Origin: the human T2T-CHM13v2.0 reference genome, Homo sapiens
NCBI GenBank assembly: GCA_009914755.4
Contig: CP068257.2
Span: 64,001 to 128,000, forward strand
Direction of reading: 5' to 3'
Length of the DNA: 64,000 nucleotides
A model generated the notes under the pieces. The model searched no databases and was not told where the DNA came from. It was given only the letters and a program-made list of their open reading frames with translations. The translations under genes were made by a program, and so were the position numbers. This document shows positions 61,101 through 64,000 of the stretch, piece after piece; within the stretch, counting starts at the first letter, position 1; each line of letters opens with the position of its first letter.

Positions 61101-62246
61101 CTCAGGGACTCTCCTGTTTGTCCCCGCTACTCTCCAACCACGCCCACATTCCAGCTGGAGTCACTTGCAGGCACCCAGGAATTACCTACAAACTCAGCAG
61201 TTTCACTGAGTTACTCCCCAGTCTCTCTCATGTCTTCACCCCCAGCCCCCTGGGACTCTCCTGTCTGTCCCAGCTCCTCTCCCACCACGCCCAGATTTCA
61301 GAGGGAGTCAGCCTCCCACACTCCGGAATCACCTACAGACTCACAGACTTCACGGAGGTCCTCCCTGGTCTCTCTCAGGTCTTTGCCCTCAGCCCACAGG
61401 GACTCTTGTGTCTCTTTCAGCTACTCTCGAAACTTCTCTAGATTCCAGCTGGACTCAGTTCCAGGCACCCACGACACACCACCAAACTCACGAATTTCAC
61501 TGACTTACTCCCCAGTCTCTCTCATGTTCTCACCACCAGCCCTCAGGGACTCTTCTGTCTCTCTCAGCTACTCTCCAGCCATCTCCACATCACACCTGGG
61601 GTCAGCTTCCCACACCCAGGAATCACCTACAAACTCACGGACCTTACTGCAACCCTCCCCCATTTCTTTCACCTCTTCACCCCCTGCTTTCAGGGACTCT
61701 CCTGTGTCTCCCAGCTTCTCTCCAGCCTTCCCCAGATTTCTGCCACAGTCAGCCCCAGGCACCCAGGGTTACCCTGGACACTCACAGGCCTCACGAGACT
61801 ATTTCCCAATGACTTGTATCTATAGAGGGATGGCTCCCATACTTCCCTCAGTGACCTCAAACCCATCTCCACTTACACTCAGACACTCCCAGGGCCTGAC
61901 AGCTACTCCCCGTTATTGTCCTTCAGCTCGAAGCCCTGGCCCATCTACTAGCCAACATGATGCAGCTACCTGGCCATGTCTCCACATTTCTGGGGAGGGC
62001 CCCACACCCAGCCGCAGAAGAGCCCCTCCTGCATTCCGTCCTCACACACAGGCCTGTCCATCCACTTGCTACTGTCACCCTCTTGCCAGCAGAAGAGGCC
62101 CCTGTAATGGCCGATATCACCGCCCAGTCTATCCTCACCCCACAGCTGTGCAGCGGGACCCTCCTGCTGGCCCACGTGGCTGCCACAGCCCATGCTGGCA
62201 CGACGCTCCAGCATGTCGGCGTCCCTGCGGGCCACGCTACCGCTGA
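58113..62246 (+). CDS. 1377-aa Ser/Pro-rich repeat protein, type B
   Basis: Intact ORF, nearly identical to the other B copies. Confidence 0.55.
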   Translation: MSAPKNTRVLSGSSYERSPSPDSPRSMLASPSFSLSPLRNSDLRGSSSPGIRSYHSPSPRASPHSPLSSPVSHNLPFPCPIRDGQSMKPLGSPVSSSEDSTESPRSSVIYHMFLLPSPSSSPPALWESPGSPSYSPNNPRFQLESAPHTQESPANSRASRCSSPMSFISSPPGLRDSPVAPSYSQAIPMFLRESAPCTQESPRDSQVSGEYERSPSPDSSRFMPASPSIYLSPPRNSDPRGSSSQGMWKYSTSSRRASPLSHPSSAEFHNFTFPFPNQAGQSLMSLCSPVSSSGDSSQSPHSSIIYHMFLLPSSSSSPPATNDSPVCPSYSPTTPRFQRASVSNTPETPTNSQTSVRSSPVSLTSSPPGLTDPPVSPSYYPTTRTFQRGSDPGTQGSPPSPPLSLCYSPVSSTSLSPTLRDSPVCPSYSPTTPTFQRESVAGTQQSPANSPISLRYSPVSLMSSPALRDSPVCPSYSATTPTFQLESVRGSPESPPISPITLNYSPVSLMSSPALRDSPVCPSYSPTTPRFQLQAVPCSPESTPNSPISLNYSPVSLMSSPALRDSPICPSYSPTTPRFQLEAVPCTQESPPNSPISLNYSPVSLMSSPSLRDSPVCLSYSPTTPTFQLEYLRGTPESPPNSPISLNYSPVSLMSSPALRDSPDCPSYSPTTSRFQLEAVPCSPESTPNSPISLNYSPVSLMSSPAIRDSPVCPSYSPTTPTCQLESVRDTPESPPNSPISLNYTPVSLMSSPAIRDSPVCPSYSPKTPTFQLESVPGTLESPPNSPISLNYSPVSLMSSPALRDPPVCPSYSPTTPRFQLASVPGTPESPPNSPVSLSYSPVSLMSSPPALRDSPVCPSYSPTTPTFQLESVPGTPESPPNSPISLNYSPVSLMSSPALRDSPVCPSYSPTTPRFQLEAVPCTPESPPNSPISLNYSLVSLMSSPVLRDPPVCPSYSPATPRFQLESVPGTAESPPNSPVSLSYSPFSLMSSPPALRDSPVCPRYSPTTPTFQLESLAGTQELPTNSAVSLSYSPVSLMSSPPAPWDSPVCPSSSPTTPRFQRESASHTPESPTDSQTSRRSSLVSLRSLPSAHRDSCVSFSYSRNFSRFQLDSVPGTHDTPPNSRISLTYSPVSLMFSPPALRDSSVSLSYSPAISTSHLGSASHTQESPTNSRTLLQPSPISFTSSPPAFRDSPVSPSFSPAFPRFLPQSAPGTQGYPGHSQASRDYFPMTCIYRGMAPILPSVTSNPSPLTLRHSQGLTATPRYCPSARSPGPSTSQHDAATWPCLHISGEGPTPSRRRAPPAFRPHTQACPSTCYCHPLASRRGPCNGRYHRPVYPHPTAVQRDPPAGPRGCHSPCWHDAPACRRPCGPRYR

Positions 62247-62472
62247 CATGGCTAGCATCACCCTCCTTCCTGGCAGTGACACTGCTGATTTGAACCCCAG
62301 TTTCACAGCTGTCATTTGTAAATAGGACCATTTTCCCTTTTCTCTCTCCCTTCCATTCACAGGGCTTCTCATTCCCTCTGTTTCTGCCTCCGTTTCAGAG
62401 ATTTACTCACCTTTTTCTCTCTCACTATGTCTGCCGTGGTCTCCATAAGAGTGTGCCACATAAAATTGCCCC

Positions 62473-62524
62473 ATTAAAAGTCATGAATTGAGTGGATTTT
62501 AGTATACCTGTGGTTGTGCACATT
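62473..62524 (+). terminator. Poly(A) signal ATTAAA plus GT-rich DSE (unit 9 gene)
   Basis: ATTAAA at 62473-62478. Confidence 0.5.
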
Positions 62525-62559
62525 CAATTTTAATTCGCAATCCATTTTAGAAGGTTTTA

Positions 62560-64000
62560 TCACCCCCGACCAGAGAAACACCCTGTGGACAATAGTCACT
62601 CCTCATTCTGTCTCAAACCCTCTCCCTGACCCTCAGCCCTAGGTAACAACTGCATAGAGCGATCAACCCCATATGCATAGATTTCCATATTGTGGACAGT
62701 TCCTATAAACGGAATTGCACAATACGTGAGCTTTTGTGACTGACATAACACTTTTAGCACAATATTTTCAAGATTCATCCACATTGCAGCCTTACCCACA
62801 GGGGGAAACCGCATTTTGTGGTTTCAGTAACACCGGGTGTTTTCTCCTTCCTTCCGTCTTTCCTTCCTTCCTTCCTTCCTTCCTTCCTTCCTTCCTTCCT
62901 CCCTTCCTCCCTTCCTTCCTCCCTTCCTCCCATTTCTCTCTTATTCCTTCTGCCCTCTCTCTTTCATATGCCTTAGGTGCATCCTACGTCCTGCGTCTTT
63001 TTGGGGAATCCTCGACAGGTGCTGGAAAATTGTGTTATTGTAATTATTTACCGGTATCTCTCTTTCATGGTTCTCCATCAGTTGTAAGCATCTATTGGTT
63101 TATCCCAGGTCACTAAGTATATTTTAATTAGCTACACCTGTTTTTCTTTATACACCTGTTTCTGGAGTATAGGGTCGCATACTCATAAACCCAGTGTAAC
63201 TCAGAAACGCATCTAATATTCCAATAGACCCATCATAACGTTGAAAAATCATAAATCAAACCAACTTAAGTCACGATTTGGCGCTGGATATGGGCTCCAT
63301 CAATTCCATTGTATTCAATAATGCTGTACACCATTAACAATGGCAGACTGATTGGGCGTGGATGTGGATAACATTATAAAAATCAGTTATTAGAGGGATA
63401 CTTTAACCTGACGGAAGAGCTGATCTAATGGTATTAGTACAGTGATGATTATGTGAGATGTTTTGAGACAGAGTAGTACATTTGTGTATGAGATTCTGTG
63501 GCTTTTTTCACTTAGTAGGAACCTTTGTGTGTGGAAAACTGAGAAAATTGCTTTGTGCTGTAGAGTCTGGCATTCGTTGTAGATTAAAGCTTATTTTTTC
63601 TGGATGTAAATCTTATTCAATAAAATACTACTCTTTATAATAAAAAACAAAGACACTGGTGATGTGAAGTCATTATCCTCAGCAAACTAATCCAGGAACA
63701 GAAAACCAAACGCCACATTCTCACTTATAATGGGAGCTGAAAAATGGGATCACGTGGACACAGGAAGGGGAACAACACACACTGGGGCCTTTCGGGAGGC
63801 AGAGCGTTAAGAAAAACAGCTACCGCATGCTGGGCTTAATACCTAGGTGATGGGTTGACAGGTGCAGCAAACCACCGTGGCACACGTTTACCTTAGTAAC
63901 AAATCTGCACAGCCTGCCCATATATTCCAGAACTTAGAAACGAAACGAAAGCAAAGAAAACGAGAAAGCGATAGCAAAACGCTAACGGCGAAACAGAGTT
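62560..64000 (+). repeat. Array unit 10 (type B, truncated by the window end)
   Basis: Sequence matches the start of the B-type unit, including the L1 fragment and (TTCC)n. Confidence 0.85.

Larger units (their letters stand above)
55124..62559 (+). repeat. Array unit 9 (type B)
   Basis: 7436-bp unit. Confidence 0.9.
1100..64000 (+). repeat. Macrosatellite tandem array, at least 9.2 head-to-tail units of 6.3-7.4 kb, each holding a full transcription unit; continues beyond the window end
   Basis: Anchor motif 'tcactccc/tcaccccc' recurs at 1126, 7428, 13764, 20093, 26422, 32754, 40252, 47688, 55124, 62560. ATG-to-ATG periods are 6336, 6329, 6329, 6333, 6346, 7435, 7436, 7436 bp. Confidence 0.95.

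Noticed and set aside
1100-64000. Regularly spaced repeats with intervening sequence, superficially CRISPR-like periodicity
   Set aside because: The period is 6-7 kb, not 25-50 bp, and the content is eukaryotic (Alu, L1, TATA/Inr promoter, poly(A) signal). This is a macrosatellite, not a CRISPR array.

Overview
This window is primate genomic DNA. An antisense Alu lies at 199-470, and recurring old L1 3'-end fragments show the sequence is not prokaryotic.

From about 1100 to the end of the window it is a head-to-tail macrosatellite of at least 9.2 units, and the array continues past position 64000. Each unit carries a GC-box/TATA/Inr core promoter, a roughly 340-nt 5' leader containing (TCTG)n and (CA/CG)n microsatellites, one long intron-less ORF, and an ATTAAA poly(A) signal with a GT-rich downstream element about 225 bp after the stop codon. 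Each unit also contains two same-strand L1 3'-end fragments flanking a (TTCC)n tract.

The ORF encodes an extremely Ser/Pro-rich low-complexity protein. Most of it is built from tandem copies of a roughly 47-aa (141-150 bp) module, 'SPVCPSYSPTTPTFQLESVPGTPESPPNSPISLNYSPVSLMSSPALRD'. It ends in a unique Cys/His/Arg-rich C-terminal tail.

Two unit subfamilies occur in blocks:
- Type A: five units of about 6.33 kb with a 993-aa ORF, ATGs at 4133, 10469, 16798, 23127 and 29460.
- Type B: units of about 7.44 kb with a 1377-aa ORF, ATGs at 43241, 50677 and 58113.

The extra 1.1 kb in type B comes entirely from expansion of the in-frame coding minisatellite. Units within a block are more than 99% identical. 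A and B units are roughly 90-95% identical.

The junction unit (ATG at 35806) is an A/B mosaic. It carries a 1-bp deletion in a G-homopolymer near 36181-36185 that splits the ORF into 303-aa and 1213-aa pieces, so it is probably a pseudogene.

I do not recognise the gene family, so no gene symbol is assigned. Alternate-frame and antisense ORFs inside the repeats are treated as low-complexity artefacts.
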